From Dimorphilus gyrociliatus (lineage: Eukaryota > Animalia > Annelida), in NCBI GenBank assembly GCA_904063045.1, contig CAJFCJ010000012.1:868001-932000 (forward strand): 64,000 nt of DNA. Reading direction: 5' to 3'. Position numbers and translations under genes: made by a program. The notes below the pieces were generated by a model. It did not search any database and was not told where the DNA came from. It saw only the letters and a list, made by a program, of their open reading frames with translations. This document shows, one piece after another, positions 46,501 to 61,012 of this stretch. Every line of letters begins with the position of its first letter. Position 1 is the stretch's first letter.

Positions 46501-48550
46501 TTACCTCTTGTAAATACTGTTAGATATATTACAGAAAAAACACAGATCGTTGTCAAACCAAAGAATTTGTCGTTTTCTTATCTTAGAAATGACTATTCAT
46601 TCGATTGTATCCCAAAGACAGATCATAGATTGAAAGTATCTATACAATGGGACACTGCGTATTTTAAAGTTGATCCTTCAAGACATTTAAAAAATTCCAA
46701 GTAAACTATTCTATAATTTTTTAGAAGGTAATTGCAAGCAGATTACGCATCTTTTATTTTGTTTCTTTGTACAGCTGTACTTTAGTGGTAAGCGCTCAGG
46801 AAATATCTGATTCTTCGCTCACTACATCGTTCACTTGTATTGTAAAAACTAAATACGATACTGTTACTGCTTCAGCAAAAATATCTAAATTAATTAAGCA
46901 TGATACATCTCAACTGAAATATAAAAGTAAGGAATCTTATTTAGGTAAATATTTAATGATTAATCAGAATGATTGCCGTTACTCAACTCTGTCTTATTTT
47001 TTTTTATGTCTAGGAGTAATGTTTATAATATTTCCTGGTCTTCTATTGGCAATTATGCTAAGCGTTAGCGTGATTTTTGTTATAAAGTATTACAAAGATA
47101 AATATTCGTTTGTGGGCGGTAGAAAAGTTCGATTACCTTCTGAGAGCTCTGAAAATTGTCTTGCAACTAAATCCGTACCGGAACAATCGGATACGGAAAA
47201 TAATCCATCTAGCTCTGAGTCTCTAGCAACAACTGTGTACCAAGATAATCTCTCATATAGTATGTTTTTTTTTTTTAACAATCAATCTTTTTAAAGTAGA
47301 TTTAACGTTTTTCTTATTTATCATTATTATTATTCGTTTAGCGGTTGTCGAAGTTTTACCACCATTTCGAACTTATGACGAAAGTTTACGAAAGGAAATA
47401 ACTCAAATGTTCATTCCAAACGATTGTCTACGAGTGCAAAATACATGTATTGGAACGGGAAATTATTCGTGCGTTCGTAAGGCGGAATTATATTCTGTAT
47501 CCTTAAAAGATGGATCGGCGAGCAATTACCAAATTGTAGCTGTAAAAAAGAAGAAATGTGAAACATGCGTAAAGGGAAGCAATATCGAGATGTCTCCTGA
47601 TTTTTTATTGCAAGAAGCTGTCTCTATGAGGTCATTAAATCACCCTAATGTTTTGCATACGATAGGTGTTAGTTTTGATATTCGAAATAATCCGCTGGTA
47701 GTTATTCCCTATATGGAATTAAAGGATTTAAAAACTTACGTTTCGGATGAAAAACTGGTTAGTATAGGCCAAAGATAATAAAAGGTTTAAAAAGAAAAAC
47801 ACGGGAAAAAGAATATAAGAATGGAAGAAAAATAGTTAAAAGATTTTCTCTTTTTTTTGTCCTGCAGCAAATAACACTGAAGGAATTAGCGGACTTTTGC
47901 CGGCAAGTAGCTTGCGGTATGGAGTACTTAAGCTCTTTGAATTTTGTACACAGAGATCTAGCTGCTCGAAACTGCCTGTAAATATAAATCAATCAAAGCT
48001 TTATGCAAAAGTTAAATAAGAAATTACTATAGTTTGTTTTTTGTGTTTTTTTTTCGTTTATAGATTGAACGAATCAAAAATAGTCAAAATATCCGATTTC
48101 GGATTGACAAGGAAAATAGAGAACAGCGATTATTACAAGATTCTTAATCCTAGACCTTTACCCGTAAGGTGGATGGCTCCTGAAAGCATATTTCAACAAC
48201 ATTTTAATAGTGCAAGTGATGTGGTAATGCTTTTTTTCTTCTCTAGCTATTAATCTTCAAAATCAGATAAGAATTCAGTAATGGAAAATTTCTTTTTCGA
48301 ATTTTTTCAGTGGTCTTTCGGAGTTCTAATGTGGGAGGTAGTTATGAGAGGTAAAACGCCATGGGAAGGATTCCATTTTGAAGAAGTTAAGCAAGCTCTA
48401 AGTCGTGGAATAAGATTAAATCTACCATCTTATTGCGACAATGAGTTAAAAAGGATTATAGAAAGCTGCTGGAGATTTTATCCTCAACAAAGGCCATCAT
48501 TCCGAAACTTACTTGATTCATTAAGCGATTACTTAGCAGAAGCTACTTAG
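43509..48550 (+). CDS. Receptor tyrosine kinase: signal peptide, PAN/apple domain, several Ig-like domains, TM, Met/Ron-like kinase (many exons)
   Basis: Exon 1 [21 protein letters not shown] (43509-43572); PAN-like [20 protein letters not shown]; Ig motifs [25 protein letters not shown]; [26 protein letters not shown]; [35 protein letters not shown]. Confidence 0.9.
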
Positions 48551-48877
48551 CTATTAACAACTGAATTAATCTTATTGAGATTTTACAAAGCGTTCACTCG
48601 AAACATCTTATGAATTAACTGTTTTATTTGTATTCTAAATTTCAAGGGTCATTTTTATTTGTTTTTACAATTTTAATATTCAATTGCTTCAATATACTGA
48701 ATATTCACTATACGAATTTTCTACAATTCTCTGCAGTACAAATCTCATAACGAAACAAAAAAAAAAAATAATAACATTAGCTTCTTTTATGTACATAATC
48801 TCAAGTAATCAAATATAGTATGAACCAAAATTCTTGGCTACAGGAAAGAGAAGAATTCCTTTCTATAAAAATTAACG

Positions 48878-50811
48878 TCATGTGCCCAAACAACTCTCTG
48901 ATTCAAGAATCTCCTGTCTGGAAAACAGAAACAATTAATCATTATGTTTATCTAGCTTATGTTTAATTTCGTCTATTTACGTTCTCTCTAATAATAGAAA
49001 ACAAACACTTACGAGGTGACGCTTCTTGGCGTTATATCTCTTTTTCTTACTTCTTTCTTTAATTTTTTTATTAAATAGACGGCAACCATTGATATAATTA
49101 AAACAATTAGCACCAAAACAATTAATACGTAATAAATGATGTTTTGCGATGAGAAAATATCTGTTTTATTGTTGCTGTTATCTACAACAGACTTATTTCT
49201 TTTACCTAGAAATCATAAAAAAAAAACAACCATAAGGTAATAAAAAAGCCAATTGATGTGGTTTTCGTAAATCTCAATGTTAATTATTGAGATATATTAT
49301 AGAAATAATCGAGATATTATTAAATATAGAATGATAATAAAAAATACCTATATTATATGGAAGCTGTGTTGTAGCGGTTGATTTCTTAACCAATATATTA
49401 TTTTGAATGGTAAAATTATATTTTATGTCTGAAGTATTAATAAAGGAAGTAGTAGTAGTAGTAGAAGTAGTAGAAGGAGAAGAAGAAGAAGTAGTAATAG
49501 TAGTGGCAGTAGTTTTGCCCTTAACTTGAAATTGTGAATTATCCACTTTAGTATTATTAATCGTCGTTAATTCCTCAATAGCTCCCCCTTTTTAATAAAA
49601 GAATAATGAGGGAAAAAATCATCAAAGAAAACTTAATAAACTTATTGAGATAATTGAATTTAATTAATAAAAAGAATATATATTTACCAGTAATCTCTAC
49701 ATCAAACATTTGACTAACATTGGATGAAATGCATTTATACACAGCAGCTTCCTTCACTGACGCAATTTTTAAGATACTACCATAAGTCTTTTTCTCCTTC
49801 TTTAATAGTTTTTTATTATCTTTTTTCCAAATAATATCGGGTGACCTATAAAGGATTATTAATAATTATTACTATTATCTTTTTCTAATTGACTATTATA
49901 GCAAAAGTAATGTTAACTAACGAATTTTTAAATAAGCAGAAGAGATTCAACGCGCTGCCATAGTCGACAACAACTTTACTTTTAGACGAAGTTATTAGCT
50001 CTTGAACTATAAAATGACATGGATAAAAAATACATATTAATAAACAAGTTACACAGTAAAAAATAATGTTTTTTAAAGGCAAAAGCTTACATGCGGAGTG
50101 TTTATCATGCGACTGGTTTTCACCATTAAATACATAAGTTTTGTTATCTCTACATCGTTTTTCATATTCTGAAGGCTTCAATTCGAATAGATAAATATAA
50201 TCTGTTGGCAATAAGAAACGATTCTGTAAATTTATTTAATTACAACTTTATTGTAATATAAAAAGTAATAAAAACCATTTATAATAAACTCTTTAACGGA
50301 ACCGAATTCTCCTTTATCATAACAATCAAGAGGTAGCTTAAAGTACTTTTCTGAATTAAAATTAGCTAAAGGTAAAGAAATAAAGTGGAAGTTATTAAAA
50401 AAAATATTTAAACATATGGAATATTAAATTTTTTTACTTGGTTTGGCTAACGCCGTTGCTAAGCAGGCCAAGAAAACAAGCACCAGTTGACAGAAAGTGT
50501 TCTTCAAGTTATTTTCGCACTGTAAACCTATACGAAAAAGTGATTCCTTCTCAATATAAATAGGTAAAAAAAGAAGACGATAATAAATGAAAGAAAGAGA
50601 GGTAGAGAAAGATGAGGAAAGAATGATACAATGAATTTCATTACGAATTTATCGCAAAAAAAAAGTCTATTCAACTGTTAAATCATAAAATATAGTTGAT
50701 ATATATTTGATTCCACAGTTATTCAATATAAAAATTACGACTTTACACTCTTATACAAGGTTATTTTGACGAAAGTTACCACTGCTCACCTTTATACCTA
50801 TTCTCAGCCAT
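48878..50811 (-). CDS. Type I membrane protein with Ig domain and Thr/Ser mucin-like stalk (multi-exon)
   Basis: MAENRYKG|LQCENNLKNTFCQLVLVFLACLATALAKP signal; LNLFC...IIWKKDN...GSILKIASVKEAAVYKC Ig core; TTATTITTSSSSPSTTSTTTTTS stalk; TM YYVLIVLVLIVLIISMVAVYLI; short basic tail. Some internal junctions and the last exon are uncertain. Confidence 0.75.
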
Positions 50812-53800
50812 AAATAAACCATTATAATAATATCAAATAAATCGCTCAACAAGCAACTTGATTCTTTATAAATAATCTAAAAATATATATATATTTTGTA
50901 CTCGACAGTCATTACCACCTAACCTTATGGGAAATCCTTTTAAAATAAGAAATCTAATTAAAAAACCTTTAACGAAATGATCACAAAACCTGGAAGCAAG
51001 GCCTCTCAATAATTTACAACAGTTTTTCAAGATAAAAAAAAAAAACACAATACATCTCATATCTCTCGTAGAGAAAGAATTGGTCTAACGTCAAGCATTT
51101 TTTCCTTATCAGATTCGTTATCAAAAATGAATGAGTGTCAGAGCGCTAAGAGAGCCACCGAGTTGTATGAAACAAAAAACCGTTGATGATAATAAATCAT
51201 CATATCTATCCCCTTTTCACAGATTGTTAATGAGAGAATACGCCTAATAAATGAAAAAAATAAGTTGAGTAAACACATCATTAGAATAATAAAAGAATTG
51301 AATATCTATCTCAAATAGATATTTGAAAAAAAATTGAGATAGAAAGAGAAAAATATAAAGGAAGAAGAGAAAGAAAGAAAGAGAAAAAGAATAGAGGAAA
51401 AGAAAAGAGAGAAAAAATATAGAGTACAAGTTATACTCTTAAGTTTCGAAAATTGAAAAAAAATCCATATTTATGAGTATTCTTACTAATAATAATAAAA
51501 AAAAGAGACATACCATAATTTTATTTATCTTTTATTATTTTCTTTTATTTATTTTTTTTAAAAAAAAAAAACAAGTTAACATCGATTTAGTGCAAATACC
51601 TGCTAGTTGAAAAATCAATCATTCATGTCAGTTTACGCATATTTACAATTCCTATTAGAATTAACTTTAGGATTATGTAATCATTGGAGAGAATTAAAGT
51701 ATTGAATGAAATGAATAGATTCTATAAGTCATCGTAGAAGTAACTTTTTGAATTCTAATGGAAGTTAAATGGTGTTAAATAAACAATTACATTCCTTCGA
51801 CGTTTGGGCGTTTGAAAGTAGAAAGGCGCCACAATTCTTAAACAGACCCGACTATTAAAAGTCGCTTTCGGCAAGAGAAAAAGAAAGAAGAGACAAGAAG
51901 AAATAAAGAAAAGAGAAGAAAGAAAGAAATGAAATAGATATTTCTGATCATTCTTCCTCACCGCCTCTTTTTCAAATATCTGGATTTTTAATAAGGGTTA
52001 CTACTATGGCTGAAATATCCAATTCGGCTTGTTTGAAGATGATTTCGACTACAAAGAATAAAAGAACAAATATAGAGCAGGTTAATCCACGCAACATACA
52101 ATATTTGCATTAAACCGCCAACCCTACGTAAGAGCAAACAGGATAGATATAAAAATTTCTATATATATGATTTTAATTTCTTCATATGAAAGAAACTTTT
52201 TCTTTCTTTAACTTTCACTTTCAATAGGAAGATACGAATTTCTCTTAATATCTAAAAAGATAATTAAATCGAAATAAAGTTGGCCGTGAACAGAGAGAGG
52301 TTTAAAGATTGAAAAGTAGAGAGAGAGAGAGAAAGAGATACGGGATCAGATTTATTATTTTAATATTCTTTTGAAATTTAACGAATGAATAAGTTTCTTA
52401 CTTGGACTAAATTGTTGTCTTTTTAAAAAAGAGAAAAGAAAATAACACATTAACTTAAAAAAAACACCGAAGAATTCATTTATTGTCCTTTAATGTCAGT
52501 AAGAAAGCGTTGTAGTACAAAGCTGGAATTTTTCCTACCTTAGTAGGATTACAAATAGGCGAAAATAAAGTAGGCGGAGAGTAGGATCGCAAGAGCTATA
52601 TAAAAAAAGAAAAAAGTGGGGGTGGTAGAAATTTAAAGGGTTAGAACAAGCTCTAAATTCTCATGCAAATACGTTAAAAATGTACAAATAATTTCAAAGT
52701 AAACAATTCTACTTTTTTTTTTCAAGTGGTCAGAGCGGTAGCGATCCAAATCGATATGAGGCTATGAAAATACTAGGGTCATAAATGGATCCGTGTATGT
52801 TTTCTTAACACCTTCGTTTCTTAGCTCTCCAAAGAGCATAAAACAAGTTCCAAAGGGCTATTAAACTACTATATATAGCTGAATGATTTCCACATATTTG
52901 TTCCCTTACTATTAATCTTTAATCCGAGTAATTTGAGTGCAACAATAAAAATAGATTAGGAATTTTGTCTCATTTGCATATAATATATTTTTATTTGTTG
53001 AACTTTAAAACGGCTCGAAATTCCATCGTTGCCGTAAAGTAGATAACTTTTGTCAATTATCGATATATATATGTATATATTAATATAAAAAAAAAGAATT
53101 TAAAAGTAACGATTCTTCTTAAACTTTCCTTATTATTGAATATAAAATTTTGGCCTGACATCTTGGGTTTAACAGAACCAAGTGAAATGTAGTGAATAAA
53201 ACGGAATAAATTGGTTTTAAACGAACAATTACTACTAATCAAGTGCCTTTCTTTACTCATCTATTACCCAATAAAACTTATGAGTTTCAATATAATCCAA
53301 TTTAAAAGATCAAACGCTTTTTTTAATTACCACTTATAAAATCTTGTTTTTTATCAGAGAACGACTTGCCTAAGCGTCTAGTAAGTATTGCTCTAAGTTT
53401 TACGACTTTTGACGGTTCTAAGGCTGTCATCGATTCAGAAGAGATACCATCGCTTGATTCATTCATTAGATAGAAGTTTTTGATAGATTAGTTCCGGAAC
53501 AATTGAACCAATTTTGAATCTTTTCATACTACTTAATTACATCACGACAAAGGTTATAGTGGCTGTAACGAGCCTATTTTCACTCCAGACTAGTATGACT
53601 CTTCAGAGTGTGTAAATCGGCTCAAAGTTGTAGTTTATACTGGAATTTTATTGACTTTTCAGAGGTGCAAAGGCGTTACCCTTTGACATTCCTCTTAAAT
53701 CTTTTATATTGAGGCATTTTATTCTTTTCCATATAATTAAGTTCACGTTTCCGTATAAATAATTTTATACTTTTTACAACAAATATCTAGCGGTCGTCTT

Positions 53801-56330
53801 TCAGTTCAAAAGATTTTTATCCAAGTTTATAGGTGTATAGTATATAACTCTTTTGATTTACAAAATATCTCACAATCATAACTTATCTATAAAACGTCTT
53901 TCATTGTTATCGATTAACTGGGAAATATGTGGTAGTAAAATGGTATTAAAAAAACTGTTTTTTATGAAAAGTAGAGGGAGGGAGAGAGAGAGAGAGAGAA
54001 AGAGAGCGAAAGAGATTGAGAGATAGGGAGAAAGTGATACAGAGAGAAAGAGAGGATAAATCTTTTTCTTTTTACTACATATAAATTACTAGTATAGGTT
54101 TCTTGATAAAAAGATAACACCTTAATTTTTTTCTTCGTGTTCTTCTTTTTATTTCGACTAACTATATTATATAATTCTTCTTAATTGCTTTATTGACCCC
54201 TGAACGACCTTAATATGGTATTCCGACCAGCTGCCACTCTTATTCAAAGCGTTCAATGCATTCAGTATCCGAACTCGGCTTTCAATACACATTAGTCGAA
54301 TAATCGGTCGCAGACTTTTCTTAGAGGTGAGAAAATGTAAGGAAAGGAAAGGGAAAACATAAAGCATAAAATTAATGGGAACGAAGTATGACTAAAAAAA
54401 AAAATCAATATGTCTGGGAAAATAATCGTGATGTCTGCTCATATACACTATTGACAAACAAAGGGGATACACCGATAACGGGTAAATACGTGTTAAACAT
54501 TAAACTAAACGTATTTATGAATCGATATCGGCCACTTTCTTCTAAACTTCGTGTTTTTTTCGACACCCACGCGCAACTTTCAAATTAGCCTATAAGCTTT
54601 ATAAGTTTAATAAACAATGGCGTAATTATTCCAAGGTTTGTCTTGATTATTCAAGTATAATTAGCTTTATTTAGAAACAATAATAATTAATAATATCTAG
54701 ATAGGAAACCCTTTTAATACCAAAGAGCAGATGTGAAAGAGAAGGGATAAATATTTGATCCGTATTTCATACTTTCCGTTTGTAAGCTTGGTATGATTCA
54801 TGGAAAAATGAAACTATAGACTCCCTATGCTAATTTATATAATTTTTTAGAAAAGAGGAAGAAGAAGACAACGCTCTTCTTCTAATAAAATTGAATTAAG
54901 GGAGTATTAGTATTTTTAATGATTGGACTACGAATAAAAGAATTTTGACCGAAAAAATTCCGTGGTGGAAAGATTAATTTCAATCCTGCCAACAATTGCA
55001 CCATTTAGATGCTGAGAGAATGAGTCATACGGGAAAAAAAAGAAAAGGTCATGTGTTTTCATCTACTCCTAATTTTTGTCATTGCTAAAGCAATGAGAAA
55101 TTTGAATTTATAATAAATTCCAGACATTACAGCTCGCTTAACGTCAATCAACCTTTATGAGAGTTTACCAAGCCAAAGTATTATAAAAACGTTAAATCCA
55201 ACATATAAGGAATCTTAATAGTTAGAATATAAAGCGAATATACTAATATATATATATGTATATATAAATACTATACATTTCTATAAAATAATGATATATT
55301 AAAACAACCTGTGCATACACTATACATTGATTAATTGGGCCTCAAATAGTTATACAACATTACCTAAATATTATGGTATATATATATATATATACGTCCG
55401 ACAAATGAAAAGAAAACATTGATTATTACAAGTTGAAAACCCTGCCAAAACTTCAACAACAAAAATTACGTATAATATTCAAACATTCAATATAGATCAT
55501 GTATCCGTTTAAGAAGCCAACCTTTCTCTTACAATTGAAAAATACTATTAAAAAAACCAGTATTCAATATACATTTCCTCTGTCTTTCTATATAAATATG
55601 ATTTAAAAAAATCCGATAAATAGAAAATATTAATAATCAAACCTTTTCTAATAAATGTGCAAATTGAGAGGCACATGTTATTTTCAAATAATTCGGCTAT
55701 TCGTTCAAAGTTAAGAACACATGTGCTTTCAACGGATTCGTCTAAGTGTAAATGCCGTCTGGAAATTCTCTAACAGCGCCCTCTTCTTGTATCAGTCGTC
55801 TAGTCAATAACCACGATAGACGAAAATGACATAGTAAATTGCCAAGGGTTTCCTCTCGTTTTGTATCTTCTTTTTAAATATAGAATATAAGCAATCAGTG
55901 TAGATCGTCTCTTTACATTGAAATAAAAATAAAAGCCGTATACTCCGATATCTTTTTCTTTATGTTTAACATTCGTTCAAAGTTCTATTGATAAAAATCA
56001 ATAAAAAGTTAATATGACTGATGTTTAAAAAAATATAGTAATATACAAATATGTATAGAAAACATTAAGGTTTATGTTAATTAATATAAAAAAGTAATAT
56101 GGCCATTTTTTTAGCATTCTATTTTTCAAAATGTGCTGCTTTGTAATTGTCAATTATGAATGATGAGAGATATATATGGATGCATAGTATTAAAGGTGCC
56201 AATTTTTATGAATGAATAACTAGCTTTTAAACGTTCGTCTATATATTTTATAAATAACACATATACTGTACATAAATATATATATATATATATTATAATA
56301 TATTTACACACATACACACATACACACACA

Positions 56331-56363
<33 letters not shown>

Positions 56364-56907
56364 ATATATAGGCTTATTTTTATTGAACATTATATAACAC
56401 TATTATTATTAATAGCAATAAATATAGTTTATATAATACTGTATATATTTATAACAGACATTTGTACAAAATGAAACTGGCTCATAGATAAATATCGATT
56501 TTTGCTGACGGTCTATATAAGTAATTTAACAATAAAATATTATTAATATCTAGCTGAAAATAGCATCCAGCTGATTTACGACTTGAAACACCCACAACTC
56601 AATATTTAGTGCTCAGCGTGGTTAAGCTATCTCGAAGATTATTACTGAAAATGTTGTTTTTGGATATCGTCATTATGATTTCTATTTAAAAAACAACAAT
56701 AAATGGCATAGTAAAACTGTTATCTAATCAGTATTTTTTGTAAATTAGAATTAATAGAGTATTCAACTCGACACCTGGTAATTAACACCTAGAACTATCG
56801 TCCAACCAAAAGATGGCGCTAGACTGACATATGATCAAGGTCAATTAACGTTTTACATATCTACATTACTCATCTGAGTCGAAAGTTCCAATTCGTTAAA
56901 ATTAGAA

Positions 56908-59724
56908 ATGAAAGTGGGTTTTATTGGTGCCGGTCGAATGACCTATGCCTTATGCAAGGGGTTTTTAAAGTCTTGTAAGTATCTCTATGGAGTATTACTG
57001 TATTAATCATTCGAATTATTAAAATATCCAAATAAAGCGTTTGCTATTTTTGTTAAATTGATAAAAAACTGTTTATGAGACTTTTGTTTTTTTGCATCGT
57101 CTTCTTTCATACAATCATCTATCCAAAAGACTAATAGATAAGAGTACCATATAGTTAGAGCGTTAACATTATAATAAGCTCATTATTACGTTATTGTAAA
57201 ATATTATACAAGATATTGCATCTTAAAATTATTGCGTTGTCATTGAAAAGTATAGTTGCCACATGGCTTTCTTTCAATGAATGTTTCACTTCTTTTTCCC
57301 GCCAACATTTAAAAATAGAATTTTAATTTGTACTAGTATATTACAGTATTAATTATATATAAACATGTTTCATTTTATTGTTAGCACTTGTAAAACCATC
57401 AGAAATAACTGCTAGTGACCTCAATAGATCAAAGTTGAGAGAAATAAAGGTATAGTAATTGAAAATGCTTTTAATTAATTAAAATAAATAAATTTAATTA
57501 GAGCTTTCGTATACAATGTGCAAAAACATTGCGATCGCACTAGAAATTTGTATATAATCTTTTCTTACGCGATTTTATTCAGATTTGTTGATTATTATAT
57601 ATCAGTACTAATGAAGATGAATATAGTAATGTGCATAAAATGTGCCTAAAATGCTCAGATGTTTTAAAATTTTAGATCGAAGATTCTTCTTATATTAAAA
57701 ATATGGCAGCACGTATTTCTCTTCCTGAAAATACATATTGTAACTGTTAAACATAGGATAATCAGACCTATTTCTAGAACATCTCGATAAATATGAGTCA
57801 TTTTGCAACATTTTGTCAAAATAGTCACCATGTGTTGATTAGGCTAGCGGAACAAAATTGACATTAGAAGAGAGAACAGAAATTCTCGTCTTATCAGAAG
57901 AAGGCAATTCTGCAAGAGATATTGCTAAAAAAATGAAGAGGCATAACTCAACAATCTCTTGACTCCTCAGCAATCCAGAAGGTTATGGCCTAAAGATGAA
58001 GAATAGATCAGAAAGAAAACTCACAGTGGAACTATTAGGAAGAAGATAGAAAGCACTACCAGTAATAAGTAGATTTCGGCTAAAAGAATAAAACACCAGT
58101 TGGTTCTGCTTGGCATTAACCAAAAAATTCGATGTTTTAAATGAACATAACCCAAAATATCGAAAAATATTAAAAAGGCCAAAACTTTTGATGATATGGG
58201 GAGGAGTTGTTACCTATGAATGGAAGACTTCTTCCTATGCATTTATTGGGCTGAGTATGTAGTCTGCTGCAGGATATAGCCCTTATACATAGGGTTCTTA
58301 AAACAAAAATCTTTTTGATAGAAGATATTAAAAAAATGAACTGCCATAAAATTCTTCAGATTTCAACATTATTGAAAACATCTGGGGAATGATGGCCAAA
58401 AGAGTATAGGAAAATTGGAAGTAGAGTTGAAAACAGCCATCTCTGAGGCCTGAACTGATTGTATCAGCCTCCTATTTATTAAAAGCTGTATTGATTCCAT
58501 ACCAGATAGATACAGACTGTATTTGGCAAATAAGGAAAAAAATACAGAATATTATGCAGATTAATAAGTAGATTTTAAAGGAAGACAGATATTTGTCGTC
58601 ACATTTTAAAAGTAATATATATAAAAGAAAATCTTTGATTTAGAAGAGCAAGAAATCTGAGCATCTTGGATATATTTTGCTCAAATGACTATACTCATCA
58701 TTACTAATATAATATACTATTTTTCCAACAGATTTTAAGACAGTCGTACCAAAAAAAAAGATTATGTACAAATTTTTAGTGCTACCACAAATTGTTTTGC
58801 GCAGTGTTTGTACATTATACTGTATATTAGTACTATTATTACAATTTAACACAGAGGGACCTTGGTATCAAAACTGCTGAAAGTAATGTAGATATCGTTG
58901 GTAAAAATAAAGTGGTATTTTTAGCTGTGAAACCGAATATAATTAAAGACATTTTAACTGAAATTAACGATAAATCAAGTATAGAAAAGGCATTATTCGT
59001 TTCTATAGCAGCCGGTGTTACAACACAACGAATAGAAAGTGTATGAATTATTACTTAATTATTTAATTAACAACTGGTTCTCTTTTTTTTTTGGTAAAAA
59101 ATTAGCTTCTTCCGGAAAAAGCAAGAGTAATTAGAGTAATGCCAAATACTCCTTGTTTAGTTCAATCGGGTGTTTGTGTTTTTACGAGAGGTAAGCATGC
59201 TAATGAAAGTGATGCTGATTTAGTTACGGAAATGTTAAATTGCGTGGGTCTCGTTGAAGAAATGCCAGAAACTTTGATGGATACTGTTACCGGACTAAGC
59301 GGAAGTGGACCAGCTTATGTGAGTATTTGATTTAAAACAGCCTTTAAAATTATTTTCAAGTTGATAGGCCTTTGTAACAATTGAAGCTTTGGCGGATGGA
59401 GGAGTAAAAATGGGTTTAAACAGAGAACAAGCCTTGAGGTTGTCTGCTCAAACTTTAATGGTAAATGGAATAATAAAAAAAAACGAAATATTAAACATTA
59501 TACCAAAGTTTATATAAAATTGTATTAAAACACCTCAGGGTGCGGCTAAATTGGTCTTGGAGAGTGGTAAACATCCGGAAGTTCTTAAGGACGATGTCTG
59601 CTCACCAGGAGGTACGTCTATTCACGCTCTCCACCAATTGGAAAAAGGACAATATAGAGCAACTTTAATGAATGCTGTTGAAGCTGGTACTTTACGCTCA
59701 AAGGAGTTGGGTGAACCAATATAA
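56908..59724 (+). CDS. PYCR: Pyrroline-5-carboxylate reductase (multi-exon)
   Basis: [11 protein letters not shown]; VFLAVKP; FVSIAAGV; RVMPNTP; [10 protein letters not shown]; [12 protein letters not shown]; [12 protein letters not shown]; stop 59722-59724. Confidence 0.96.
57840..58450 (+). mobile_element. Decayed Tc1/mariner (Tc3-like) transposase remnant in PYCR intron 2
   Basis: [48 protein letters not shown] (Tc3-type HTH) and [18 protein letters not shown] (SPDLNPIENLW motif), with stops and deletions; no clear TIRs. Confidence 0.85.
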
Positions 59725-59895
59725 ACTAAAAGAAACTATATATTTTTTATTATTTACAATTAACAAATTTACAAATGAATTTCTCCCTTTCAACTATAGT
59801 TGATATTGCACGATTGTTTAACTTTTTTCTTATATGAAAACGAGACACAATTGATCTTTAACTAAATAAAGTATACATTTTATTTTTTTTACTGG

Positions 59896-60862
59896 ATGAC
59901 TGAATACGAATTGTCCTTTAACCAAATCGCTGACAAAAGTGAGAAACTCGTTCTGGACACTTTTTCGTTGACTACTACTCTTTAGTAAATAATTGTTATT
60001 CCGACGGATTGCTTATCAATAGTATTTTCACTTTTATCAATAACTAATTAGCTTTTTCCTTACTATCACCCTCTCAATAATTTCATATTAATAAAGTAAA
60101 GGAAAAAACACAACTGGTTAGCTATAAACTTGTTTGCTATTTTCTGTTTTGAATAGTATTGAATAAATATTTATGGAATTCTTTCTGTTTTATTTATCAC
60201 TCCTACTTAGTATGCCCTTTGATTAGTATGACAACTGATTCTTCAAAATAGGTTCTTTTGTATGCTATAGCTGCTTTATTGATGATTCTATTCGTGACAA
60301 AGTTTATCTTTCACACTTTAGATTTTATTGATTCTTTCAATAGATTCTCATTTACAATTTTAAGACTTTAATCATTGCCTTATTTTTAGATATTGATGAT
60401 TCAACTTTTATTATCAAATAAGAATCGTTCCCAAATTGCCTATAAAGAAAAGATATCTACTATCTTAAGGCGACATCTATCGGTTTGTATATTTTAAAAA
60501 TAGAAAAGTTTTTTAGTACAAAGAATAGGTTATTACATACATTATATAATGTTAAAATGAAAGATTTTTATAGCCACATAAAAGTTCATTTTTAATAATC
60601 TTGAGTAATGTCATATACATAACTGATGAAACAATATTCTATATAAGCAACAAATATTTTTCTATTAGAATAAAAATCAATTGATTTCACTTAACTCTTT
60701 GAATTAACTGCCGGAGCATTTCGAAAAAAAGGTGTTTCTTTCTAAATAAAATATAGGCTTGTGAAAACCTAATAAAGAAACATCTTTTTACTTAATCCAT
60801 GCTATTCTTGGCAGCTTATCCAAAGAAAGATACTTAGATGTCTGGAAGAATTAAAATATTGA
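59896..60862 (+). CDS. Possible small multi-exon gene, unidentified
   Basis: Splice-bounded open segments MTEYELSFNQIADKSEKLVLDTFSLTTTLL, ILMIQLLLSNKNRSQIAYKEKISTILRRHLS|LIQRKILRCLEELKY*; middle exons could not be put in phase. Confidence 0.2.
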
Positions 60863-61012
60863 AATAATATAGAACATTTATGATAAAAAAAGAACTTTTT
60901 GATTTAATTTTTATCTTCTCTAAACAAATCTATTAAAGTCTCTTTTTTCCTTTTCTCTGTTTGTATTTGTTACTTTATTTTGTTAAAGATGATTATATGT
61001 AAAAATATATTA

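Noticed and set aside
47497-47504. GTATCCTT U12-like donor within the RTK kinase exon
   Set aside because: Lies in an uninterrupted coding frame (YSVSLKD) with no matching branch site needed.
51990-53700. Short ATG- or splice-bounded open segments (e.g. MAEISNSACLKM..., minus-strand MNESSDGISSES...)
   Set aside because: Phases do not join into a coherent protein; may be UTR exons or chance.
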